NCBI GenBank assembly: GCA_005799825.1
Contig: SYFT01000024.1
Coordinates: forward strand, 11,069 to 75,068
From: Acidobacteriota bacterium
Lineage (GTDB): Bacteria > Acidobacteriota > Vicinamibacteria > Vicinamibacterales > SCN-69-37
Reading direction: 5' to 3'
Length of the DNA stretch: 64,000 nucleotides
Shown here: piece after piece, positions 45,448 to 55,106 of the stretch
Layout of the letters: each line of letters starts with the position of its first letter
Numbering within the stretch: the stretch's first letter is position 1
Notes under the pieces: generated by a model
Told to the model about the DNA's origin: nothing
Seen by the model: the letters and a program-made list of their open reading frames with translations, nothing else
Databases searched by the model: none
Translations under genes and position numbers: made by a program

Positions 45448-48400
45448 CGTCCTCCAGGTGATATTCCTTGCGACAGACGCCGGCGTACTTGCACCAGCCG
45501 CACTCACTCGTAGAGACGGGCCGGGCGGGAAACTGCCCTGCTTCGATTTGGCCGATGACACCGGCAAACTCCCCGGCCCTTGTCTGGACGGCGATCGATG
45601 CGCCGGTGCGCGCGCCCAGGCGCCCTTCAAGGCGTTGCTCATCACCAAACGCGAGGTACATGGCGCTCGCCACGGGATGCGGTGTGTGATCGCGCGCTTC
45701 GAACTTTTGCTGCGACGCCCACGCGTACACAGCGATCTGGATCGACGTCTTTAGATCCGGCATACGGCCCAACTTGTAGTCGACCACGCGCAAGCTGCCA
45801 TCGCTGAAGACGTCCACGCGATCAGCCTTACCGTTGATCGCAATCGTCACCTCGTCCAGGCCGCCGAGCACAGGGAACCTGAACGGGCCCTGCAGCACTT
45901 CTTCAAGATGGCGGGCGACTACATCGCCTCCATCTTCGGCTTCCAGTTCAAATACGCGCTCGGCAACGCCGCGGGCGACGAGTGAACCCAGCAGGCGCGT
46001 TTCCTCCAGTACGCGGTCGGCATCGGGAAGTGCGCTGCAGGTTTCACGCGCCATGACCGTGAACATCGCGACGGCTTCGGACAGTCGCTCAGCCGTGATG
46101 GTGCCATGGCCGGCGGCGTTCCAGGCCCGATAGAACCGCTCGAACAAGTCGTGCATCAGGGTGCCGCGCTGCATGGGAGTGAGGCCCACGGCTTCCTCAG
46201 ACTCCTGCTGAAGATGGAGCACAGATTCCGAGAAGTACTGGAAGGGACAGGTGACATATCGATCGACCTTGCTGATCCGATACGCCTGCGGCGCCTGCGG
46301 CAGGCCGACGCCGCAGTAGCGTTCGTCGTCGAGCGGCGGACGCTGCCGGCGCGCGACCAGCCACGCGGCCGCATCCTCCAGCAGATGGGCCTCGTCGTTC
46401 CTCGCGCCTGAGAGCACTTCGTCGCTGAAGATCTGGACCGGCGGCAGTGCTTCACTGAACACGGCAGGCAGACCTCGCGCCACCTCCACCATCGGCGACA
46501 TGCCGACCATCGCATCACCCTCCAGACGGAACGCGTGCAGGTGCAGGGTTCGTGACGGCAAGCCGGTGAGGTCGCGAAACCCTCCCAACTGGGCCGCCGC
46601 GTGGTCCGCATCCTGCGGCCAGCCCAGCACCTTCAGGAGTCCGCTCGTATAAAAAATGCTGCGACGCTGTCGCTCGGGCCAGTCAGTCTCCACCAGGCCC
46701 ACCAGATGCACGTGATCAAATTCGCCGAACCGCGCGGCCACCGCATCCACAAGGTGGACGCCGGCCTGATTGCGCGCTGGCGAAAACGTCTGCCATTCCA
46801 CCTGGTGGCGAATGGCGGCCACCAGTTCGTCGGCCTCCCGGTGGCGATCATCGTAGCGCTCGTACGCATCCGCCAACGCATCCAGTGAGCCAAGTATCGC
46901 GGCGCGGGCGCGCAGATACGCCTGGCGCCACTCATCACCTTCATCAGGTCCCCGTTGTCGTGCGCGCAGGAATGCGGCCACCGACCGGACCTGATTCGAT
47001 GCGGTCGCCTCCTGTTGGAAGGGTGCCAGCTCACGAGCCGCGGCGGCCGCCGCCTGCGCCGCCCGGGGTGCACCACTGGCTCGCGCGCGATCGTGGCGAT
47101 GTGCCGCAGCACAAAAACGGCTGACGGCGTCGGGATAACGGTCGGCCCCGCCGGTGACGCGAAGCCCAACAAGCACGGTGTCGAGCGCCGCGATATCCTT
47201 TAGGGAGACGCGCTCTCCCCCAACATCGAACCTGAGCAACGGCGAGCGTAACAACGCCAGGCTCGACTCACGGGTGCCGCCGGTGCGCGCAATCACCAGA
47301 ATCAGATCGAGCAGCGCGGCATAGGGCTCGCCAGCCAGCGGCAACGCGTCAAGCGCCTGGATCGGCACACCCGCGTCCTCGCACAACTGGCGGGTCAAGT
47401 ACAGATACGGTAGTGGCCGCTGGAAAACGATCGCCGTCGGGGCAAGCCGGCCGGGGACAGCGTCCTGACGGGCGCGCGCGCGGATGTGCCGAATCACATC
47501 CCGCACCTCCTCTTCACGGTCGCGGCCCAGGTGACACCAGTCGCCCTCTTTAGCGTCTCGTGGGCGGACCACCACGGGCGACCATGGCGCCGGCGGTTCG
47601 CGACGTTCTTCGATCTCCGGCAGTTCGCGTTCGAGGCGTTCGCGAAAACCAGCGTCGTGCGTCTCATCGGTCATGACTACGTCCACCCGCAGGCCGGGCC
47701 AGCGACCCAGCAAATCGAAGTCTGCCGGCCAGAGACCGCGAGGATCCGTCGGATGGTCCGCCACGGCGATCACCACGTGATCGACGGCCCACTGCGGGCG
47801 TTCGGCCAGTAGTTGCGCGCGCAGCATGTGTTCGTCGATTGCGCCGGCCGCCACGACAGCGCGTTCGTACGCGAGGAACGAGAGGCCGAGGAAGGCCGTT
47901 TGATGAATGAGGCTTTCGCTGCCGCGGTCGCTGCCGCGCTCAACCTGCAGTTCGCGGAACAGTGCGCGACGAAACTGGGTGACCGACCGCTGGCGCCGGC
48001 GGAGCTCGTCGTAGAAGTCCAGCATCACGGCCACGAGCGCCGGGCGCAGGGCGAACGGCGCGCCACCCATGCGCGCGCGGCGTGCGGTGCGATCGGCGGC
48101 CGCGGCCATGAGCACTTCGCGTTCGACCCGTGCGAGCAGACGCGTGGCCTCGGGCAACGTCAGGTGCAGCCGAGTCATCCATTCGTCGCGTGTCAAGAGG
48201 TCGGGCCAGATGACTGTGGCCCGGCCCGTACGCAATGCATGTCGTTCGAGCGTTTGCCGCAGCAGGGCCACTGACGCGCGAGTGGGCACGATCACCATAC
48301 GCCGGCGTGCATCCAGCGGGGCGCCTTCAAGCGCCAGCGTCGCCACTGCCCTGCGGAAGCCGGCAAGATCCGACGTCCGAATCAGGCGGCGCGTGCTCAC
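45428..48400 (-). CDS. addB: AddB-like helicase-nuclease subunit with C-terminal Fe-S/PD-(D/E)xK nuclease domain
   Basis: C-terminal nuclease RVDVFSDGSLRVVDYKLG. Cys cluster YVTCPFQYF ... CGWCKYAGVC. No intact Walker A recognised by eye in the N-terminal region. Confidence 0.8.
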   Translation of the reverse strand: MSTRRLIRTSDLAGFRRAVATLALEGAPLDARRRMVIVPTRASVALLRQTLERHALRTGRATVIWPDLLTRDEWMTRLHLTLPEATRLLARVEREVLMAAAADRTARRARMGGAPFALRPALVAVMLDFYDELRRRQRSVTQFRRALFRELQVERGSDRGSESLIHQTAFLGLSFLAYERAVVAAGAIDEHMLRAQLLAERPQWAVDHVVIAVADHPTDPRGLWPADFDLLGRWPGLRVDVVMTDETHDAGFRERLERELPEIEERREPPAPWSPVVVRPRDAKEGDWCHLGRDREEEVRDVIRHIRARARQDAVPGRLAPTAIVFQRPLPYLYLTRQLCEDAGVPIQALDALPLAGEPYAALLDLILVIARTGGTRESSLALLRSPLLRFDVGGERVSLKDIAALDTVLVGLRVTGGADRYPDAVSRFCAAAHRHDRARASGAPRAAQAAAAAARELAPFQQEATASNQVRSVAAFLRARQRGPDEGDEWRQAYLRARAAILGSLDALADAYERYDDRHREADELVAAIRHQVEWQTFSPARNQAGVHLVDAVAARFGEFDHVHLVGLVETDWPERQRRSIFYTSGLLKVLGWPQDADHAAAQLGGFRDLTGLPSRTLHLHAFRLEGDAMVGMSPMVEVARGLPAVFSEALPPVQIFSDEVLSGARNDEAHLLEDAAAWLVARRQRPPLDDERYCGVGLPQAPQAYRISKVDRYVTCPFQYFSESVLHLQQESEEAVGLTPMQRGTLMHDLFERFYRAWNAAGHGTITAERLSEAVAMFTVMARETCSALPDADRVLEETRLLGSLVARGVAERVFELEAEDGGDVVARHLEEVLQGPFRFPVLGGLDEVTIAINGKADRVDVFSDGSLRVVDYKLGRMPDLKTSIQIAVYAWASQQKFEARDHTPHPVASAMYLAFGDEQRLEGRLGARTGASIAVQTRAGEFAGVIGQIEAGQFPARPVSTSECGWCKYAGVCRKEYHLEDDADESV

Positions 48401-49779
48401 CGCACCCTTCGCGGCTCGATCGCGGTCGCGAGGCTCGCCACACCCCTCTTGCGCAGCAGTTCGGCGCCGGCAATGGCCGACGACGCGTTGCGCGAAATGT
48501 CGAGATTCGCTGCCACTGAAAGGCGCTGCCCGAGCTCGAGGCCCTGCCGCGCGAACTGGACAGCGCTCTGAAAAATGCCGTGGACTTCCTCAAGTTCGGC
48601 CGGTGGAACCCACTCCTTCAGCGCCTGGGCCAGTTCAGTGAACTCCCGCATCGCGGCATCAAGGTGATCGCGATTGGCCCGCTGACCGGACCTGATCAGT
48701 GTGAGCGTTGACGTGTGCCGACTCCACACCTGCTGTGCTCCCCGAAGCCGTGTGTCATACGCTCGGAGCTGGTCCTTCACCAGCGCCCACCGATCAAAGG
48801 CATTCTTTTGGTCGACCGCAAGACCCGACTCGCTCCACAAGCGTCGTATCACCGGAGCCACATCTCGGGGGCGCCGACGACCGAGGTCGGCATCCTCCCG
48901 CTCAACGTCCAGAATCAGGCGCCGGATCACGGCTGGGCGCCCCTGGCGCACTGCGCCATCGGCGCGCGTCAGCGCAGCGCGGAGCAGAGTCCGGTACGCG
49001 GCGTCCACCCGTATTTCGTCGGCGAGCAACCGCGCGACTTCTAACCGAAGGCTGTCGCCGGCTTCAGGCAATGAGTCCGCCACGCGACTGGCCGACCGCA
49101 GCAGCGCCAGCTTCTCTACGCCAACGTCAGTGGCAAGCGCTGCCACCAGGGCCATGGACACCGTTTCTACCGGCGTGAGCGCCGGCAGCAGCGGGATGGG
49201 CGGCGGGGGTGCGACTGACGCAATCAGTTCGATAGAAAAATGCGAGACGCCGCTGGCGGCCTGTAGTTCAAGCACCACCTCATCCATGATTGACGCGAGC
49301 TGGCGCACGTCCGCCGCACGATAACCGAAATGGTCCTCGGACCATGAGAGCAACCGTTTCCGCGCGACCATCGCGATGCCCAACCGCCGGTCCCGGTCGT
49401 CGCTCGCCTCCAGAGCGGCTACCGCTTTAGAGATATCGGTCACGAACGACTGATATTCCTTTTCGCCGCGATTCAGCGCGTACTCGGCCTTTCTGACGGC
49501 AACGGCGTACGCCGACGTCCGCGCCATGTCGACCGCCGCCACCGGGATGGTCATTAAATCGTGCGTCTCGACCAGCCCCTTCTGCCCCTGGGCCACAACG
49601 AAGACGAGGTCTGTGTCCACCTGCGCGAACTCGCCGTAACTCGACAACACGCGGCCCTCGCGAAGAAAGATCCGGAAGGTATCAACCGCAGGTCGAGCAG
49701 AGGGAGCGGACTGGGCGTGCGCGGCCGAGGTCAGGACCAGCAGCACGACGACAATTCCGGCCTGGATCAATGTCCGCAC
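48397..49779 (-). CDS. Secreted hypothetical protein (alpha-helical, no recognised domain)
   Basis: 4-bp overlap with the addB start. Best signal peptide VRTLIQAGIVVVLLVLTSAAHAQ is at the GTG at 49779. The listed start at 50004 adds an implausible N-terminus. Confidence 0.55.
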   Translation of the reverse strand: MRTLIQAGIVVVLLVLTSAAHAQSAPSARPAVDTFRIFLREGRVLSSYGEFAQVDTDLVFVVAQGQKGLVETHDLMTIPVAAVDMARTSAYAVAVRKAEYALNRGEKEYQSFVTDISKAVAALEASDDRDRRLGIAMVARKRLLSWSEDHFGYRAADVRQLASIMDEVVLELQAASGVSHFSIELIASVAPPPPIPLLPALTPVETVSMALVAALATDVGVEKLALLRSASRVADSLPEAGDSLRLEVARLLADEIRVDAAYRTLLRAALTRADGAVRQGRPAVIRRLILDVEREDADLGRRRPRDVAPVIRRLWSESGLAVDQKNAFDRWALVKDQLRAYDTRLRGAQQVWSRHTSTLTLIRSGQRANRDHLDAAMREFTELAQALKEWVPPAELEEVHGIFQSAVQFARQGLELGQRLSVAANLDISRNASSAIAGAELLRKRGVASLATAIEPRRVR

Positions 49780-49978
49780 GCTGGTATTGTGGCCCAGTTT
49801 GCCATGGTTGTGGAAAACCTGTGCACACATCGTGAAAGACCTGTGGACGTTCATCGAGTGAAAAGAAAAGCTGCGACATTTGCTGAGCGAAAAGATGCGA
49901 GCGACACACACGGGTGCAGATTCGTACGGCGCTTCGCTTGCGCGCATTCCCTGACTCCGCGACAATCCTCGCGCGTCC

Positions 49979-50203
49979 GTGACACAAGTAACTTCCTCCT
50001 CCACTCTCGTGCGTTATAAGGAAACGATCAATGGCCGAGCCTATGTGATCGAGGCCTCCTCAGTCGGAAGGGACCGGTGGAGGGCCCAGATCGCGAGGCT
50101 GCCGGCCGGCCGGGCCGCGCTGATGCCTTTTTATGGTGCCACTCCGGACGAAGCGGCCGGCCAACTCAGCGCATGGCTGACCAGGGCTTCTCGGACGCAA
50201 TAG
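49979..50203 (+). CDS. Small hypothetical protein
   Basis: 74-aa ORF upstream of the asparaginase gene. Composition is coding-like, but no family was recognised. Confidence 0.35.
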   Translation: MTQVTSSSTLVRYKETINGRAYVIEASSVGRDRWRAQIARLPAGRAALMPFYGATPDEAAGQLSAWLTRASRTQ

Positions 50204-50224
50204 TGTCGCGGTAGAGTAACGGCC

Positions 50225-51322
50225 ATGAATCGTTACACCCTCGGCGCTGCGGCCGCGATCGCTGTGTACCTGACCGGCGCCGCGCTGGTCGCCGTGGAGC
50301 CGACCCACACTACGGCCCAGGCCGGACAAGCGCCAGCCTCCACACCCGCTACCCCTCTGCCGAAAGTGTTCCTCTTCGCGACGGGAGGAACCATTTCGAA
50401 CAAGGTGGGCGGACGCCTGACCGTTCAGGAACTGATTGCGTCCATTCCCGGACTCGATCACCGGGTGCGGGCCGAAGGCGAGCAGTTCGCTAACACGTCG
50501 AGTTCCGCCCTCACACTTGAACAGTGGGTGGACCTGGCCAAGCGCATCAACGCGCGTTACAAGAGCGACGCTGAACTGGCGGGCGTGGTGGTCACGAGCG
50601 GCACAGACACGCTCGAAGAGCTCGCGTATTTTCTGCATCTGACCGTGCGCGACGAGCGCCCCGTGGTGGTGGTGGGTTCAATGCGCAACCCGAGTACGCT
50701 TGGATACGAAGGCGCCGCCAATCTCGAAGATGCGTTCCTCACCGCCGCACACCCGCAGTCGCGCGAGATGGGCACCGTCGTTGTGCTCAACGACGAGATC
50801 AACTCGGCGCGTGAAGTTACAAAGACCGACGCGCTCAGTCTGGATACGTTCCGATCGGGCCGCTACGGCGTCCTGGGTGTCGTAGATGGGTCCGGAGTGG
50901 CGTACTACCGGAAGACGGCTCGCCGGCACTCGGCGCACAGTGAGTTCGACGTCACAAACCTCACCACGCTACCCCGTGTCGATATTGCGTGGGTGTATCA
51001 AGGCGCCACGGGTGATATCATTAACGCCCTGGTCGATGCGGGCGCAAAGGGCGTTATCATCGCCGGAGCCGGTGCCGGAGCCACGAGCGGCACGCAGGGT
51101 CAGGGCATCGCGTACGCCGTTGGTAAGCAGGTATTTGTGGTGACGACGACACGAGCGGGCGCCGGACGAATCAACGTGGGCCGCCCCCGCGCCGGCACCG
51201 CGCCGGTCTACAGGATCAGCGGTGACGACCTCACGCCGCTCAAAGCACGCATCCTCCTCATGCTCGCAGTCGCGACGACCAACGACGGCCGCGTGATTCA
51301 GCGAATGTTCTCGGAGTATTGA
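50225..51322 (+). CDS. ansB: Type II (periplasmic) L-asparaginase
   Basis: Signal peptide. Catalytic motifs FATGGTISNK and VVVTSGTDTLEE. Confidence 0.85.
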   Translation: MNRYTLGAAAAIAVYLTGAALVAVEPTHTTAQAGQAPASTPATPLPKVFLFATGGTISNKVGGRLTVQELIASIPGLDHRVRAEGEQFANTSSSALTLEQWVDLAKRINARYKSDAELAGVVVTSGTDTLEELAYFLHLTVRDERPVVVVGSMRNPSTLGYEGAANLEDAFLTAAHPQSREMGTVVVLNDEINSAREVTKTDALSLDTFRSGRYGVLGVVDGSGVAYYRKTARRHSAHSEFDVTNLTTLPRVDIAWVYQGATGDIINALVDAGAKGVIIAGAGAGATSGTQGQGIAYAVGKQVFVVTTTRAGAGRINVGRPRAGTAPVYRISGDDLTPLKARILLMLAVATTNDGRVIQRMFSEY

Positions 51323-51348
51323 GCCGGCCGATTGACGAAAGACCCCCG

Positions 51349-51675
51349 ATGCGAAAGTACCTGACTGCCGTGTCTGCGCTCTTTGCGGTCGCGACAGCGG
51401 TCGGCTCGTGTGGACCTGCGGCGGCCCCTGAACAGGACACCGCACTCGCCGGGCAAGTGAATCTTGATGCGGCGTTCGACGTGAGAGGCGACCGGCTCGT
51501 GTGGCGCCGCCGCTGGCAGGCAGACCTGTCGGTTCATCCCGTCTCGCGCGACCGTGTTCTGCGCGGCCTTGGTGTTGACAGCGCGGTCGCGATGCGCCTG
51601 CACTTCACCCGTGACGCCTCGGGCCGATTGATGGAGCTGATGGTGTCAACGCCGCCAGCTGAAGACTCAGTTTAG
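51349..51675 (+). CDS. Small lipoprotein of unknown function
   Basis: MRKYLTAVSALFAVATAVGSC lipobox at the ATG at 51349. Confidence 0.55.
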   Translation: MRKYLTAVSALFAVATAVGSCGPAAAPEQDTALAGQVNLDAAFDVRGDRLVWRRRWQADLSVHPVSRDRVLRGLGVDSAVAMRLHFTRDASGRLMELMVSTPPAEDSV

Positions 51676-51822
51676 AATCTGAGGCTTGTCAGGTTGCCGC
51701 AGTGCTGTCTCGGCGAATCCTGATTGGAGTCTATTGGCTGAACGGACCCGCGTCGATCACGAAAGTCACGGAGACCCAGTCCCACACAGTTCACCCGGGT
51801 CGGATTCTGGCAGAATGTCCGC

Positions 51823-52971
51823 ATGCTGCGACTCACCACCCTCGCTGTCCTGCTCTCGCTGACCGTCTAGTCATCCAAAGTCCCGGACTGGACCACGGCC
51901 GACGCCGAAACGCTCCGGCACTTTCAGGCATTGGTAGGCTTCGATAAATCGGACCCGCCCGGGAAGGAACGTGAGGCGGTCGACTACATAAAGAGGGTGC
52001 GCGAAGCCGAGGGCATTCCGACGTAGGAATTCTCGAACCAAGCGCACCACCCCAACCTGGTCGCCCGGCTCAAGGGCACCGGCGCACAACGACCGCTCCT
52101 GTTGATGACGCACACAGACACCGTCAACGTGTATCCCGAGCGATGGACATTTCCCCCCTCAGCGCCACCATCGATGGCGGATATGTCTATGGATGCAATA
52201 CGGTGGACGACAAGGACAACGTCGCCACGTCGCTGATGATCATGTTGATGCTCAAGCGGCTCAACGTCCCTCTGGCTCGCGACGTCATTTTCCTGGCCGA
52301 GCAAGGCGAAGAGGGATCGACGCACATCGGCATCCCGTTCATGGCCGACCAGCACTTGAGCAGCATCGATGCCGAATACTGCCTTGCCGAGGGAGGGCGT
52401 GTCATACGGACGGGCGGTGTGGCCCAATACGCGCAGGTGCAGACGCTTTAACAACGTTCGGTCGGCATCGAATTGGTCGCGCGCCATCCTGCGCTCCACC
52501 GTCGCCCCCAACATCGTCTTCGGAGGGAACGGCATGAACGTGATCCCGTCGGAGGCGATGGCCACACTCGACACGCGACTTCTTCCCGATGAAGACATCA
52601 CCGCCTTCGTCGAGCAGGTGCGCAAGGTCGTCAACGACCCGGCGGTCGAGGTGCGGCTCGCCAAACGGAACGAACGGCCTGGCGGCGTCGAGGCCCGCAT
52701 TGACTCCGACGTCTTCAAGGCCATCGCACGCGCCGTCAAAACGCATTACAACGCTCCCACATTGCCGAGCATGAGCACGGGCGCTACCGACGTGGCGTGC
52801 CTGCGAGCCACGGGCATTCAGTGCTACGGCATCGGACCTGGGCTCGACACCGAGGACGGCCCGAAAAGTTTCAGGTCACACTCGGATCAGGAACGCATCT
52901 TGATCAGCGAGCTTCATAAATTCATGTGGACATACTGGGGCGTCGTGGTGGCAGTTGCCGGGGCAACGTAA
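51823..52971 (+). pseudogene. Heavily degraded M20-family peptidase gene
   Basis: Signal peptide MLRLTTLAVLLSLTV, then TAG (51868). M20-like N-terminal region ...DKSDPPGKEREAVDYIKRVREAEGIPT, then TAG (52024). ...PNLVARLKGTGAQRPLLLMTHTDTV...ERWTFPP, then a frameshift in a C6 run (about 52153-52160). ...SATIDGGYVYGCNTVDDKD...AEQGEEG..., then TAA (52449). Apparent internal deletion and a second frame change follow, then the C-terminal STVAPNIVFGGNGMNVIPSEA... Confidence 0.75.
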
Positions 52972-52977
52972 CACGCG

Positions 52978-54795
52978 TCACCGCTTGTGCCGCTCACCAT
53001 CAAGCCAACAGCCGAAGTGCTGTTCGAACATTCCAAGCGGGATCGGTCCTGCGTCGAGCAGGTAGTCGTGGAACGTCCGGATGTCGAACGCCGCGCCCAG
53101 CGATTTCGTCACACGTTCGCGTGCGTCCCTGATCGCCAGCGCACCCAGCTTGTAGGCCAGCGCCTGACCAGGCATGTCCGTGGAGTATCGCAGGGTCTCT
53201 GTGTCGATCTGCGCGTCGGACTCAAACGTGTTGTCTTTCATGAACTGCATCGCCCGTTCGCGCGACCAGCCGAGCGCGTTCATGCCGGTGTCCACCACCA
53301 GCCGCGATGACGTGAACAGATCCATGCCAAGCCGGCCGGCCTTCGCGTACACATCGGGATACGCGCCCATCTCCCAGGCCACATCCGAGGCATATTCGCC
53401 CCAGCCTTCCGTGTAGGCCGTATAGCGCGCGGTCTTTCGCACACCGGTCAGGGCGTCGTTTTCCGCAAGCCGGGTCAGTTGGTAGTGATGCCCCGGCAGC
53501 AGTTCATGAAACACAATCGCGGTCACCATCGTCAACGACCGCGTCTCCGGATTGAGGCCGTTGTAGTGGTAATAACCCATCGGCTCGCGCGCGTCCGGCA
53601 GGCTGTAGAAACCGTACGTCATCGACGGCTCCAGCTCGGGAGCCAGCCGCCGCACGCCGTACGGCGCCTTCGGCATCATCGAAAAGAACTGGAGCATTTT
53701 TGGCTCGATGATCCGGATCGCGGCCATCATGCGTTCACCGAGTTCTTCGCTCCGCGTGGGATAGAAGCGCTTGTCGGTGCGCAGGAACGTCTTGAAGTCT
53801 TCGAGCGACCCCGCGAAGCCCGCCTCGGCGCGTAGGCCATCGAGCGCGGCGTTGATGCGCGTGACCTCGGCCAGACCGCGGTCGTGAATCTGTTGCGGCG
53901 TGAGGTCAAGCCCGGTGTGCATGCGAATCAGGTAGCGGTAGTAGGCCGGACCGTTGGGGTACTGCGACAGCCCAACCAGTTTCACGGTCCGCTTGCGGTA
54001 CGGACCATCGATGTAGGCCGCCAACCGCTCCACCGCCGGATTCACCTGCGCCGCTATCACGTCGTCCACCCGCTTCTGGAACGCGGCCTGTTCGGCCTGT
54101 TCGACCTGTTGAACGACGGGCACGACGGACAAACGCGCCGTTGTCACGGAAAACGGGCTCTTCGGTGGCGGCGCCGCGAACGAGCGGATGAACGCAGTCA
54201 CCAACCGAAGCTCCTCTGTGGGTAGCGCCACGCCGTGTTCGGTCTGCTGTTCCAGCCGCACTTCGTACGCCTTCATGGTCGCGGGCAACTGGTGAAGTGC
54301 CGCGATGTAGGCATCACGCTGAGCCGCAGTGGCCAGTGGCGCGGCGGCAAACGGGGTCGTCAGCGTGCGAAGAGGCGACAGGTAGGGCGTGACAACGCTT
54401 TGCAGCCAGAAGAAATCGGGCGAATTGTCCGCGTCGATGCGTGCCTGTGATTCGGCGATCCCGTAGAGCAGCCACTGCTCGTGCGTCAGTTGTGCGGTGT
54501 CGATCGCTCTCAGCCGCGTCAGGAATTGCGCGGCCTGATCGGCCAGGGACTGCGCCTGGGCGAGCGTCACGATCGGACCGCGGTCTATGACGAGGGCTCC
54601 CGGAACACGCGGCCCCGGATTAGTGATTGCCCTGCGCTCCTCGGCATACGAGGCCGCGAGCACCTCGAGTTTTTGGAACTCCGTCTTCTGGAACTCCGTC
54701 GTCTGGACATCCTGCGCCGCGGGCGCCCAGGACAACACCAGCACCAGCCCGGCCGCACACCACATCAGTCGATTAGGACGCATGCGCCGTAGCAT
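52978..54795 (-). CDS. DUF885-family secreted protein (putative metallopeptidase fold)
   Basis: Motif FHELLPGHHYQ. Signal peptide MLRRMRPNRLMWCAAGLVLVLSWAPAAQD at the ATG at 54795. The listed 683-aa ORF start (55029) reads through a tRNA gene and is rejected. Confidence 0.8.
   Translation of the reverse strand: MLRRMRPNRLMWCAAGLVLVLSWAPAAQDVQTTEFQKTEFQKLEVLAASYAEERRAITNPGPRVPGALVIDRGPIVTLAQAQSLADQAAQFLTRLRAIDTAQLTHEQWLLYGIAESQARIDADNSPDFFWLQSVVTPYLSPLRTLTTPFAAAPLATAAQRDAYIAALHQLPATMKAYEVRLEQQTEHGVALPTEELRLVTAFIRSFAAPPPKSPFSVTTARLSVVPVVQQVEQAEQAAFQKRVDDVIAAQVNPAVERLAAYIDGPYRKRTVKLVGLSQYPNGPAYYRYLIRMHTGLDLTPQQIHDRGLAEVTRINAALDGLRAEAGFAGSLEDFKTFLRTDKRFYPTRSEELGERMMAAIRIIEPKMLQFFSMMPKAPYGVRRLAPELEPSMTYGFYSLPDAREPMGYYHYNGLNPETRSLTMVTAIVFHELLPGHHYQLTRLAENDALTGVRKTARYTAYTEGWGEYASDVAWEMGAYPDVYAKAGRLGMDLFTSSRLVVDTGMNALGWSRERAMQFMKDNTFESDAQIDTETLRYSTDMPGQALAYKLGALAIRDARERVTKSLGAAFDIRTFHDYLLDAGPIPLGMFEQHFGCWLDGERHKR
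54675..54704. repeat. 15-bp tandem duplication GGAACTCCGTC(T/G)TCT x2 within the DUF885 coding sequence
   Basis: Read directly. It encodes TEFQK-TEFQK just after the signal peptide and shares the GGAACT core of the octamer family. Confidence 0.8.
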
Positions 54796-54869
54796 ACGCG
54801 CGAACGCCGCCAGCGGCGAGGTCTCGCGCTTGGCTTGCCAGCCGAAGCTCGCCGTAGGCGAGCGAAGGT

Positions 54870-54945
54870 TGGTGGACCTGACCGGGATCGAACCGGTGAC
54901 CTCCTGAATGCCATCCAGGCGCGCTCCCAGCTGCGCCACAGGCCC
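54870..54945 (-). tRNA. tRNA-Ala (anticodon GGC)
   Basis: 76 nt: GGGCCTG-TG-GCGC-AGCTGGGA-GCGC-G-CCTGG-ATGGCAT-TCAGG-AGGTC-ACCGG-TTCGATC-CCGGT-CAGGTCC-A-CCA. Cloverleaf folded by hand. G3:U70 alanine identity pair present. Encoded CCA. Confidence 0.9.
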
Positions 54946-55106
54946 ACACTTGAGTCGCTTAGTATAGCGTCGAGGCGCGTAATGAGGCAATTGGGCCAAT
55001 GGCCCATTGGCGCATTGACTAATGGCCAACCCCGAGCCTAGACTGGGGGCGATTCACTTCACGAAAGTTTGTTGGGGGTGTCTTGGCATCCCTCGGAGGA
55101 ACAGTC

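Noticed and set aside
42187-48400. The helicase-nuclease pair as a phage-defence system (Gabija- or Hachiman-like).
   Set aside because: Motif content fits housekeeping AddAB recombination and repair: a UvrD helicase with a C-terminal PD-(D/E)xK nuclease, and a partner with a Fe-S nuclease domain.
18913-52971. Stop-codon reassignment (TAA=Gln, TGA=Trp, TAG=sense) as an explanation for the in-frame stops.
   Set aside because: TAA, TAG and TGA each terminate many well-formed genes in this window at the expected family length. All three stop types are affected in different genes, and one gene also carries a frameshift and a deletion. Pseudogenisation or sequence error fits better. TGA=Sec is kept only as a minority hypothesis for 31319.
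54796-55029. N-terminal extension of the DUF885 ORF (listed start 55029).
   Set aside because: The extension translates the reverse complement of tRNA-Ala (GPVAQLGARLDGIQEVTGSIPVRS). The real start with a signal peptide is at 54795.
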